The position numbers were made by a program, and so were the translations under genes. Below the pieces are notes generated by a model, which was not told where the DNA came from, did no database searches, and saw only the letters and a list, made by a program, of their open reading frames with translations. A stretch of 53,086 nucleotides of DNA from a virus (taxonomy: Duplodnaviria; Caudoviricetes), in IMG/VR virus record IMGVR_UViG_3300026953_000016, positions 1 to 53,086 of that record; one strand, 5' to 3'. Positions within the stretch are counted from its first letter, which is position 1; each line of letters begins with the position of its first letter. Positions 7,883 to 14,949 of this stretch are shown here, in pieces.

Positions 7883-8778
7883 TAAACAGGTTGCAGGTGG
7901 TCACTGCGGCCCCGAGCGCCCAAAAGGCCGACCGAGCTGTCGTTCCAGCTGCCGAGGTCCGCGCAGCGCGAGCCCGCGTTATCGTCGTTGAACCACGACC
8001 CGCCGAAAACGGAGGCACGCGGCTCGTCGGGATCTCCGTCGTGGCCCCAGTCCCACAGATTGCCGGTCATCTGCATCCCGCCAGATCGGCTGGTGCGCGG
8101 CGCATCGAGGCCCGTCTTCACCGGATCGCGCGGCGCGGCACTTTTCTCTGTCACGCCGTAAGCGGCGGCACGGAACTCGTCGTAGCTGAGAAGGGTCTTG
8201 CCGTGTGCGGCCAGCGCCGCTACCGCCGTGGCATAATCGAAGCGCGCAACCTTTTTGCCGTCGGCGCCGATCGGCAGGTCCGTGCCGTCCGCAATCGTCA
8301 CGCCATATATGCTGCTGCCGCTTTTGAGATGATCGACGCCGAGCTTGTAGATGTCGTACCAGAAGCGCTTTCCGTTCACCTCGCACAGGGCCATGCCGCG
8401 CGGATCGGGGCAGGCAGGGCGGAAGCCAATATCCCACAGTGAGCAGGGATTGATCGCCGGAATATCATTCCCACCACTTTGCGCTATCGCATTGCCGCCT
8501 GGCGCGAAATGGAAGCCGCCAAGCAGCGTATCACCTTCCGGGATTCCGGCTGATCGTGAGACCGATAGAGCCGCTCCGTCGAAGAAGACGGCGTAGTCTG
8601 CACCCGGCATATAGCCGGGCTCTCCGGCAGCATTGAGATGGAGCGGGACCGGCGTGTCCTCGGCAAACGTGTGGCCGCCAAAGACCGTTCCTGCCATGAT
8701 GACAAGGCTTTCACAGCCGGTGGGCTTGAAAATGGGTGCGTTTAAGTCCGGTCTGATCAATTTTGTAGGTATGCTCAT
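7882..8778 (-). CDS. DGR target protein 2, Mtd-like paralog of target 1
   Basis: 298 aa from ATG 8778 (GGAGA RBS, ATGA overlap with upstream gene); collinear with target 1 along its length; VR2 at the 3' end. Confidence 0.92.
   Translation of the reverse strand: MSIPTKLIRPDLNAPIFKPTGCESLVIMAGTVFGGHTFAEDTPVPLHLNAAGEPGYMPGADYAVFFDGAALSVSRSAGIPEGDTLLGGFHFAPGGNAIAQSGGNDIPAINPCSLWDIGFRPACPDPRGMALCEVNGKRFWYDIYKLGVDHLKSGSSIYGVTIADGTDLPIGADGKKVARFDYATAVAALAAHGKTLLSYDEFRAAAYGVTEKSAAPRDPVKTGLDAPRTSRSGGMQMTGNLWDWGHDGDPDEPRASVFGGSWFNDDNAGSRCADLGSWNDSSVGLLGARGRSDHLQPV
7900..8024 (-). repeat. DGR variable repeat VR2 (remote target)
   Basis: Manual alignment to TR: 12 differences, all at TR adenines; same IMH start (CACCTGCAA) as VR1. 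Confidence 0.97.
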
Positions 8779-9395
8779 ACGCAATCTCCAATGGTTGGCT
8801 GCCGCATTTTGACAGCAGATGTCTGGATGGGAGCATTACGCTCCTTCCGCTGTGCGCGATCGAGGCGTCCGATGGCTGCGATGATGCAGGCAGCGCTGCT
8901 GATCAGTTCGTCGCGCTGGTTGGTGGGGGTAATGGCAGTGACCTCGCCATGCATGGTTAGGTAGAGCAGGGTAGGTTGGCCGCATATGTCGCCAGGCAGC
9001 ATGCGATAGCGATGTTCCGCGCTTTGTTCGCCGCCAAGAATGGCGTAAGCGGCAGCAAGACGAGGCAGATACCAATCCGGCGCTTCGTCATCCTTGACGA
9101 TGCTGTAACCACGGGTTTCAATCTGGTGTCGGCGCTTTGCGGCGATTTCCTCGACAATGTATTCGAATTCGGGAACCTGGCGCCGCCGGCGTCGCCATTC
9201 GTTGAAGCGGCGCAGCCCGTAAGAACGCACCACGCTGATCACCGACATAAAGGCGACGAACACGGCAAAACCGGACCAGGCGCGAACATCGACACTATGG
9301 ATGCCGAACCAGCTTGCGATGGCATTGATGGCGAATCCGATGCCAAGGTTCTGCATGGATTCGGCAAGTGAGGCGCGGCGCGATTGGGCGATCAT
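8775..9395 (-). CDS. Phage protein: N-terminal two-TM segment fused to a conserved helical phage domain
   Basis: QSRRASLAES...SYGLRRF membrane module plus IAAKRRHQI...LAAAYA...AACIIAAIGRLDR, a pattern common in phage early genes. Confidence 0.65.
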   Translation of the reverse strand: MIAQSRRASLAESMQNLGIGFAINAIASWFGIHSVDVRAWSGFAVFVAFMSVISVVRSYGLRRFNEWRRRRRQVPEFEYIVEEIAAKRRHQIETRGYSIVKDDEAPDWYLPRLAAAYAILGGEQSAEHRYRMLPGDICGQPTLLYLTMHGEVTAITPTNQRDELISSAACIIAAIGRLDRAQRKERNAPIQTSAVKMRQPTIGDCV

Positions 9396-9400
9396 ACCAA

Positions 9401-9682
9401 TTACTCCGAAATACCAGCGTTCGTTAACTCCTGGAGAAGCGTGGCGCGCTGATCAGTTAAGTCGACTCGAAGAAGGGCTCGAACTTTCTTGGCCGTTTCA
9501 GCTGTCGGTAATGGGTCGATGTCGTCGTTAAGAAGGTGGTATCCGAACAGTCGTGACCGCCGTTCGCCGAGCGCGGTGATCGCTGGTGCCGCATCAAGTT
9601 CGTCCAGCTTTGCCAGGATTGAGCTCATGCGCTCAATCAATCGTGCTTTGGCGGCGTATTGGGATACTTGGAAAAGCTTCAT
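9401..9682 (-). CDS. Hypothetical protein
   Basis: 93 aa in the tightly packed leftward operon. Confidence 0.55.
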   Translation of the reverse strand: MKLFQVSQYAAKARLIERMSSILAKLDELDAAPAITALGERRSRLFGYHLLNDDIDPLPTAETAKKVRALLRVDLTDQRATLLQELTNAGISE

Positions 9683-9939
9683 GACACTTTCCCCTGAGCA
9701 GCACGTGGTGTGCGATAGATGCGGCTGACTTTGTTGGCGTCGGCAGAAACGACAGTGCCACCGATCGTGCGTACGCTGAGGCTTTCCACAGCGAGGGTAT
9801 TGCCGCGGGCGGAAATCGTGCGACCCTGGATGTAGCCCTCGCGGCCATCGGATAGGCGGGCGGGGTCACCGATACGCCAGGCGCAATCTTGCAGTCCGGC
9901 GACTTGGAGTACCGAAGCGCGGGTGAGCAATGCAGTCAT
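9679..9939 (-). CDS. Hypothetical protein
   Basis: 86 aa; overlaps its neighbours. Confidence 0.5.
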   Translation of the reverse strand: MTALLTRASVLQVAGLQDCAWRIGDPARLSDGREGYIQGRTISARGNTLAVESLSVRTIGGTVVSADANKVSRIYRTPRAAQGKVS

Positions 9940-10091
9940 CAGTGAATCTCCATCGTGATGCCGGCGTGGATTTGCGATGTGGCGTTGACGGCAAGAGTGA
10001 TGAACAGTGCGGATTCGCCGGCCATCACGATCAAGAGCGCGATCCAGATTGCGGCAGGATGTTCGGCAAAGAAGGCTTTGAACGGTTTCAT
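9939..10091 (-). CDS. Small membrane protein
   Basis: 50 aa from ATG 10091; one hydrophobic stretch; coupled to neighbours. Confidence 0.45.
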   Translation of the reverse strand: MKPFKAFFAEHPAAIWIALLIVMAGESALFITLAVNATSQIHAGITMEIH

Positions 10092-10222
10092 CGCAGCAAC
10101 ATCCAAAGCGTAAAAGCGAACGTGCCGATGCCGGACCAAGCGGTCAGTGCGAGCAGGAAGATGAAGGGCACCCGATGATTGGGGTGGCGCTGCAGATCCT
10201 CCAAAAGATCAAATTTTCGCAT
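10088..10222 (-). CDS. Small membrane protein
   Basis: 44 aa from ATG 10222 with strong GAGGAGG RBS; hydrophobic C-terminal half. Confidence 0.5.
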   Translation of the reverse strand: MRKFDLLEDLQRHPNHRVPFIFLLALTAWSGIGTFAFTLWMLLR

Positions 10223-10235
10223 AACGACTTCCTCC

Positions 10236-10772
10236 TCACCGCGCATTGCGTGCCGCGATGGCGTAGGCATTGAGGTCTGAGACGAACTTGTCCGCGGCAC
10301 GATCCCAATTGAGCGGGCGAATTACGCTTTGCAGTGACCTTATGCCTTTGGCATGCGCGCGGGCGATGTGATCGGCGGGGCCTATGTCAAATTGGGAGCG
10401 CTCGGATAATTCCGCGCGCTCGTGCATGGCGGCGAACATGGCCATATGATCGTCGCCTGGGAGCGGGTTGAAGTCATGAAGGCCGAAGTTCGCCAGCATC
10501 TCGGCGCGCTGCTGGTAGCGGGTGTAGCCGCTCAACTCGCCGTCAAGTGCATCTTCGGCATGGTGAAGCAGGGCATATAGCGCTGCGCGAGGTCCTTGAT
10601 TGAAGCCGCAGACTTTCAGCATCTCGGCCGCCACGACGCAGCAATGCTGGGCCAAAGAATAAAAGCATTCGCCTGTGAGCCCTGGGTAAACGGCTCGCTG
10701 CGCCAGCCGCAGAGCAACCGCTTTGGCTGTCAGTGGGGCCGGATTTGGGGAAAGGCGAGCAGTAGCTGGCAT
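10236..10772 (-). CDS. HD-domain (YfbR-like deoxynucleotidase family) protein with a degenerate motif
   Basis: FYSLAQHC...ALYALLHHAEDA compared with the family pattern YSVAQHS...ALLHDAxEAY; first gene after PL. Confidence 0.65.
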   Translation of the reverse strand: MPATARLSPNPAPLTAKAVALRLAQRAVYPGLTGECFYSLAQHCCVVAAEMLKVCGFNQGPRAALYALLHHAEDALDGELSGYTRYQQRAEMLANFGLHDFNPLPGDDHMAMFAAMHERAELSERSQFDIGPADHIARAHAKGIRSLQSVIRPLNWDRAADKFVSDLNAYAIAARNAR

Positions 10773-10800
10773 GGCGCGGCCCAAAAGATGACGGGGCGCA

Positions 10801-10854
10801 CCGTAGGCTCAGAATTATGAGCCTGTCAACACTGTCGCGCTCAGAATTATACGC
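10801..10854 (-). promoter_or_regulatory. Leftward early promoter PL with operators OL1 (10805-10824) and OL2 (10839-10854)
   Basis: Minus strand reads GTTGAC-AGGCTCATAATTCTGAGC-CTACGG; second site GCTCAGAATTATACGC; both match the palindrome at 12285-12304. Confidence 0.8.
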
Positions 10855-10945
10855 GGCCGGTAGGCAAGTGGTTGGCGAGAGGTTAACAGGCCTAAACCCT
10901 GTGGTGATTTTATGCTAGGGCAATTGCGGCAAGTTGGCGGGTATC

Positions 10946-11554
10946 ATGAGCGAATCGGGATCGGCAGCGCGGGCGTTTCAATCCGGTTTTTTTGGCTGCT
11001 TCGGGGTATTGGTCGCGATGGTGGTGATCGTGGTGGTGATGATTGCGCCGTGGTCACGATCAAGCACGCCATCACAACTTGCCTCCGCGGTGCCACAGGC
11101 ACCCGTCGCGCGAGAATGGGTGGAGCGGCGGGATGTTTCGAAGCTCAACGACAGCCCGCAATATTTCGCCTGGATAAAGCCTGAAGGTGAACACAAGGAT
11201 AGCTATGGCAGCGAGATCGACCCATCGTTGATCATCCGTTGTATGGATCGGCATGTTGAGGTTGAAATCGATGCCGGACGATATATCGGAGGCATCGGCG
11301 AAGGTACTCTGGTCACGGTTCGTTTTGATGGCGGCAAGGCCACGCGCGAGCGTTGGTCACCTTCAGACGATCAAAAAGGAACCTTTTCGCCAAATGCGAA
11401 GCGGTTTCTGAAGCAGCTCGCCGGCGCAGACCGCGTTATCATCCGGCTGCAACCGGAATACCTGGCGGGTGATACTTTCGAATTTCGGGTCAAGCACCCT
11501 GCCGATCGAGTGCGGGAGGTCGCGAAGGCGTGCCGCTGGAATGCAGGTCTATAG
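10946..11554 (+). CDS. Membrane-anchored exported protein, VasI/TagO-like fold; candidate superinfection-exclusion gene
   Basis: N-terminal TM segment; W..SKLNDS...PSLIIRC...VTVRFD...WSPSDD..GTF...FLKQL pattern; lies in the immunity region, convergent with cI. Confidence 0.55.
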   Translation: MSESGSAARAFQSGFFGCFGVLVAMVVIVVVMIAPWSRSSTPSQLASAVPQAPVAREWVERRDVSKLNDSPQYFAWIKPEGEHKDSYGSEIDPSLIIRCMDRHVEVEIDAGRYIGGIGEGTLVTVRFDGGKATRERWSPSDDQKGTFSPNAKRFLKQLAGADRVIIRLQPEYLAGDTFEFRVKHPADRVREVAKACRWNAGL

Positions 11555-12211
11555 GCGTCCGAAGCGCCAAAGAACGGGCCCGATAATATGGGCATCCGCT
11601 GCATCCACTTCATAAGGTGGAAAGACGTTGCTATTATCTGAAATGATGCGGAAGCGAGGGCGGCCACCGACGATGCTCTCAATCCGCTTCACCACAACGC
11701 CGATCCCATCCCACAACACATAGATCAGTCCGGGCTGGAACTCACGGGCATCGCTCATCAGGCGGATAATGCCAATGTCTCCGTCTTGGATCGTCGGAAG
11801 CATGGAGTCGCCCCGGAATTGAACGCAGCGCAATCGCGGCTGATCCGATCCGATCACCTGACTGATGATATCGCGCCGGACATAAAAAGGCGGCGCTTCC
11901 GGTTCCTCGACAATGGTAAAGCCGTTTCCAGCGCCAGCGCGGACCTCCAGACTCTTGATGCCGATGACATGTTTCATAGGGGACTCGGCCACGGGAATAG
12001 GTTCGCCTGTGAGTTCGGACACGTTCGCGTCTGCCGCAGCTGCAAGTTTCTGGAGCGTAGAATAGGTCAATGATGCCGTCGCACCATTCAGGAAATTATG
12101 AATAGTTCCTTCGGCAATGCGGGCTCGCTTCGCCCAAGGTTTGATCTTCAAACCGCGGCTTTCCATGAACTGCCTAAAAACTTGTCTGTTGTGGCCGCCA
12201 GGGTCGCTCAT
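11549..12211 (-). CDS. cI: CI-like repressor (XRE HTH plus S24 peptidase)
   Basis: HTH IKPWAKRARIAEGTIHNFLNG; cleavage region VRAGAG; GDSMLP (Ser) and VVKR (Lys); start ATG 12211. Confidence 0.9.
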   Translation of the reverse strand: MSDPGGHNRQVFRQFMESRGLKIKPWAKRARIAEGTIHNFLNGATASLTYSTLQKLAAAADANVSELTGEPIPVAESPMKHVIGIKSLEVRAGAGNGFTIVEEPEAPPFYVRRDIISQVIGSDQPRLRCVQFRGDSMLPTIQDGDIGIIRLMSDAREFQPGLIYVLWDGIGVVVKRIESIVGGRPRFRIISDNSNVFPPYEVDAADAHIIGPVLWRFGRL

Positions 12212-12246
12212 GGCGCGAACAATGGCGGGCCGAGTACAAACGACTA

Positions 12247-12308
12247 GCCCGGAATTATGAGCATCCCTTGTTCTCGCGGTTGACAGGCTCATAATTATGA
12301 GCCTATCA
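12247..12308 (+). promoter_or_regulatory. Rightward promoter PR with operators OR1 (12285-12304) and OR2 (12247-12262)
   Basis: TTGACA at 12280-12285; perfect 20-bp palindrome AGGCTCATAATTATGAGCCT; CTATCA -10-like element; degenerate copy GCCCGGAATTATGAGC. Confidence 0.82.
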
Positions 12309-12315
12309 CTTGCGC

Positions 12316-12525
12316 ATGAGCACTGCGCCGTTCGCCGAACAATCCTTGGGCCTGGTCCGTCAAGCTGTTGAAGCCACGAGCAAAAAGCATGTGGCGGCAA
12401 TCGCTGGGATATCGGACGCCATTCTCGCCCGGCTCGATGACCCCGATTTCAGCCCGCATTTGCGGACCCTGAGGAAGCTGGAAGCCGCTGCGCGGCAGGT
12501 ACTTGGTCAAAAAGAGGACGCATGA
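12316..12525 (+). CDS. Cro-like HTH protein
   Basis: 69 aa divergent from cI; SKKHVAAIAGISDAIL...FSPHLRTLRKLE. Confidence 0.75.
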   Translation: MSTAPFAEQSLGLVRQAVEATSKKHVAAIAGISDAILARLDDPDFSPHLRTLRKLEAAARQVLGQKEDA

Positions 12526-13064
12526 CCATGAACTCCAAAAAGCGTCCACAGTCTGGCATGCCTGCGAAGTTCCCGCTGCCACAACGTCGCGGCGGCTTTA
12601 AAGCAATCAAACCCCGCGCCCACGGCTCTGCTGAGGACGTGATCCGCCGCGCGGTGGACGAGGCTGGCGGTGCCGCCGTGGTGGCGCAGTTCTTCGAAGT
12701 CGATGAACAGATGCCATATCGCTGGTCGGACCCGACGCGGCGCGAGCAGCTGTCGGTCGGCCGCGCGTTGCGCATGACGCATTTCTTGAATGCAACGGCG
12801 TTCGCCGAAGCTTTCGCGGCAGCGGCTGGCGGCCTCTATGTGCCGGTTTGTGCTGAGAGCAATACGGGTTCGCTGCTTTCGTTGGGTGTTGAGTCCAATC
12901 AAGAGCTTGCCGATCTCATCATGCGGATCACGAAGGCGCTTGATGATGGCAAGGTCACCCAGAAAGAGCGCGACGGACTTTTGTTGGCTCTCGACGTGCT
13001 GCTGCGCACGCTTTGCGCAATGCGCGCCAATCTCACGGTTTCCGATGAAGGCGGTGCGCTGTGA
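12522..13064 (+). CDS. Phage CII-like regulatory protein
   Basis: Follows cro; N-terminal HTH and C-terminal ALDDGKVTQKE motif typical of the CII family. Confidence 0.7.
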   Translation: MTMNSKKRPQSGMPAKFPLPQRRGGFKAIKPRAHGSAEDVIRRAVDEAGGAAVVAQFFEVDEQMPYRWSDPTRREQLSVGRALRMTHFLNATAFAEAFAAAAGGLYVPVCAESNTGSLLSLGVESNQELADLIMRITKALDDGKVTQKERDGLLLALDVLLRTLCAMRANLTVSDEGGAL

Positions 13065-13260
13065 ACCGCCCTCGTTCCGATGCAGGTAGCCCCCAAGCCT
13101 GCATCTGCGCCGCCGGCTCTCCCCCTCTGCGTCCGGCGGCGCACTCCAATTGCTGCCGTAACGGGTGGTCATCCATGCGCGGCGGTTTCCGCGCGTTTTC
13201 CCCCATCCCCACGACTGGGGCCGCGTCGATCGGTGTGGCCCATTTTTCTGCAGGTGCGTG

Positions 13261-13455
13261 ATGGCGCTGCGTGTTTCCAGGATCGCCAGCTTTGAACGCC
13301 GCTTCGCCGCGGTCGCCTTCGCCCAAGCCGAACGGCAGAGCAAACGCGCGCCGCATTCTCTCATCGCCAGCCTAGAGCTCCAGCTGGCCGCGCTTAAGGG
13401 TGCAAGCGACCTCGTAGCTGCACGCATTGCGCGGCTGAAAGGTGGTGCAGCATGA
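13261..13455 (+). CDS. Hypothetical protein
   Basis: 64 aa, ATGA-coupled to the next gene. Confidence 0.45.
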   Translation: MALRVSRIASFERRFAAVAFAQAERQSKRAPHSLIASLELQLAALKGASDLVAARIARLKGGAA

Positions 13456-13796
13456 AGCGCAGCAAAAAGCGCATGTCGGCCCGATCGGAATTGGCGTTGG
13501 CTCTGGCGTTGGCGGCACGCGACATCGCCTATGCCGCTGGCCGCGCGAAGGCGCGCTCCGATGCTGAGTGCATTCCGAAATCGTTGCCGGAGAAATACCA
13601 AAAGGGGTGGGGCCTGATGGCCGCGCATGGCCGCGCCATCATGAAAATCTTGCCGAACTTGCCCGCTGAACAATGGCCGGAAACAGCCTCCGTTCTTTGC
13701 GAGTGCGCAGATGCCATCCAAGGCGGCACGACGCTGGTCTCGGATGTCTCGATCCATGACCGTCGCGGCTATCCCAATGAGAAGAGGCGCGCATGA
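13452..13796 (+). CDS. Hypothetical protein
   Basis: 114 aa, coupled at both ends. Confidence 0.55.
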   Translation: MKRSKKRMSARSELALALALAARDIAYAAGRAKARSDAECIPKSLPEKYQKGWGLMAAHGRAIMKILPNLPAEQWPETASVLCECADAIQGGTTLVSDVSIHDRRGYPNEKRRA

Positions 13797-14452
13797 AGGC
13801 GGAATTCGACCGGCGCGATCCCGTTTCGCAGACGAGCCTCAACTTTCACCGTTCGCCCGATGAGGCAATCCCAACCTTATTGTCGATCGACGAACCGGTT
13901 CTGCGGCGCTTCTCCCTGATCGCAGAGCTGTCGTGTGGAGACGGCGCATTGGTCACGCCCTTGCGGGCGCGAGGGTTTCGCGTCGTTGCTGCCGATCTCG
14001 TCGATCGTGGCTGCCCTGGTTCCCATGTGCGGGACTTCCTGGCAGAGGACACGAAGCACTACGTCGCTTCGCTGGGGCGGGCGGCGTGCGTTATGAACCC
14101 GCCTTTCAACGCGGTGGAACCGTTCTTGCTGCGCGCGTGCGAGCTTTTCGACTATGTCGCCTTCATTCTGCGGCTTCGCTATCTCGGGCCGCAGCACTTC
14201 GTCGACGACACCGGCACCAAAGACCTGAAGGGGCCGCCGATATGGACGCTGACGCGGATTCCTCTTGCACGGCTCATCATGCCAGCAAGCCGATGGCCAA
14301 TGATGCACCGCGATGGCTATGAGGGCCCGAAAGTCAAAAGCGGCATGACGGACAGCTGCTGGTTCGTCTTCGAAAAAAATCATCGCGGCGCGCCGCAAAT
14401 TCACCGTGAACCTGATGCCGAAATTCTGCAGAGGACGTTCGGCGATGCTTAG
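13793..14452 (+). CDS. Putative amino (N6A/N4C) DNA methyltransferase
   Basis: SAM-binding-like ELSCGDGAL, then DFL, catalytic NPPF and C-terminal CWFVF. Confidence 0.75.
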   Translation: MKAEFDRRDPVSQTSLNFHRSPDEAIPTLLSIDEPVLRRFSLIAELSCGDGALVTPLRARGFRVVAADLVDRGCPGSHVRDFLAEDTKHYVASLGRAACVMNPPFNAVEPFLLRACELFDYVAFILRLRYLGPQHFVDDTGTKDLKGPPIWTLTRIPLARLIMPASRWPMMHRDGYEGPKVKSGMTDSCWFVFEKNHRGAPQIHREPDAEILQRTFGDA

Positions 14453-14648
14453 CGTGGTGTATTGGGCCAATTACCGCTTGGTGCGCCAACGCGCGCGCCC
14501 CATGTCGCGCGAGGAGCGCAATCGCTTCTTCGCAGCCAGCCGCATGGGCCCAATCCTTTACGCCATTTCTTGCGCGGCGTCCTTCGCGCAGCCGTTACCA
14601 AACAATGACCCGAAGGAGGTCAAGGATGCCTGTCTATCCCACGTCTGA
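14445..14648 (+). CDS. Hypothetical protein
   Basis: 67 aa filling the gap in the operon. Confidence 0.35.
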   Translation: MLSVVYWANYRLVRQRARPMSREERNRFFAASRMGPILYAISCAASFAQPLPNNDPKEVKDACLSHV

Positions 14649-14949
14649 GCAGTGCAGTCTCAGTGCCCTTGATGTGCTCGCGAGAGAAAAGAGCAAAATC
14701 GAGCAAGATATCCAGTATCACACCGACCAGATCATGGCCCTCGCCAAGCAGATTAATGAGCATGGGACGTCATGTGAATTGGCATCGAAGAGCTTGAAAA
14801 ACATCGATGCGGCAATTGCTCGGCTTTCAACTTCAAAAGGGAAGGTAGAGGTCGAAACAAATATCGGTGGTATCGGAACATTCAAAGAGGCCTTCGAAGT
14901 CGAAGCGCTTTACGTTGATGGTAAGCGGATTGCTGGGGTTGGCCAATGA
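14626..14949 (+). CDS. Hypothetical coiled-coil protein
   Basis: AAGGAGG RBS; coupled to the parB-like gene. Confidence 0.6.
   Translation: MPVYPTSEQCSLSALDVLAREKSKIEQDIQYHTDQIMALAKQINEHGTSCELASKSLKNIDAAIARLSTSKGKVEVETNIGGIGTFKEAFEVEALYVDGKRIAGVGQ

Noticed and set aside
2993-8024. Three 125-bp repeats as a CRISPR array or simple duplication
   Set aside because: They are not regularly spaced, and the mismatches are adenine-specific relative to one copy.
13061-13261. 66-aa ORF after the CII-like gene
   Set aside because: It fits the operon spacing but has no recognisable features; too weak to call.
12507-13757. 416-aa minus-strand ORF
   Set aside because: Antisense to the coupled CII-region genes with no recognisable motifs; likely a GC-rich shadow ORF.
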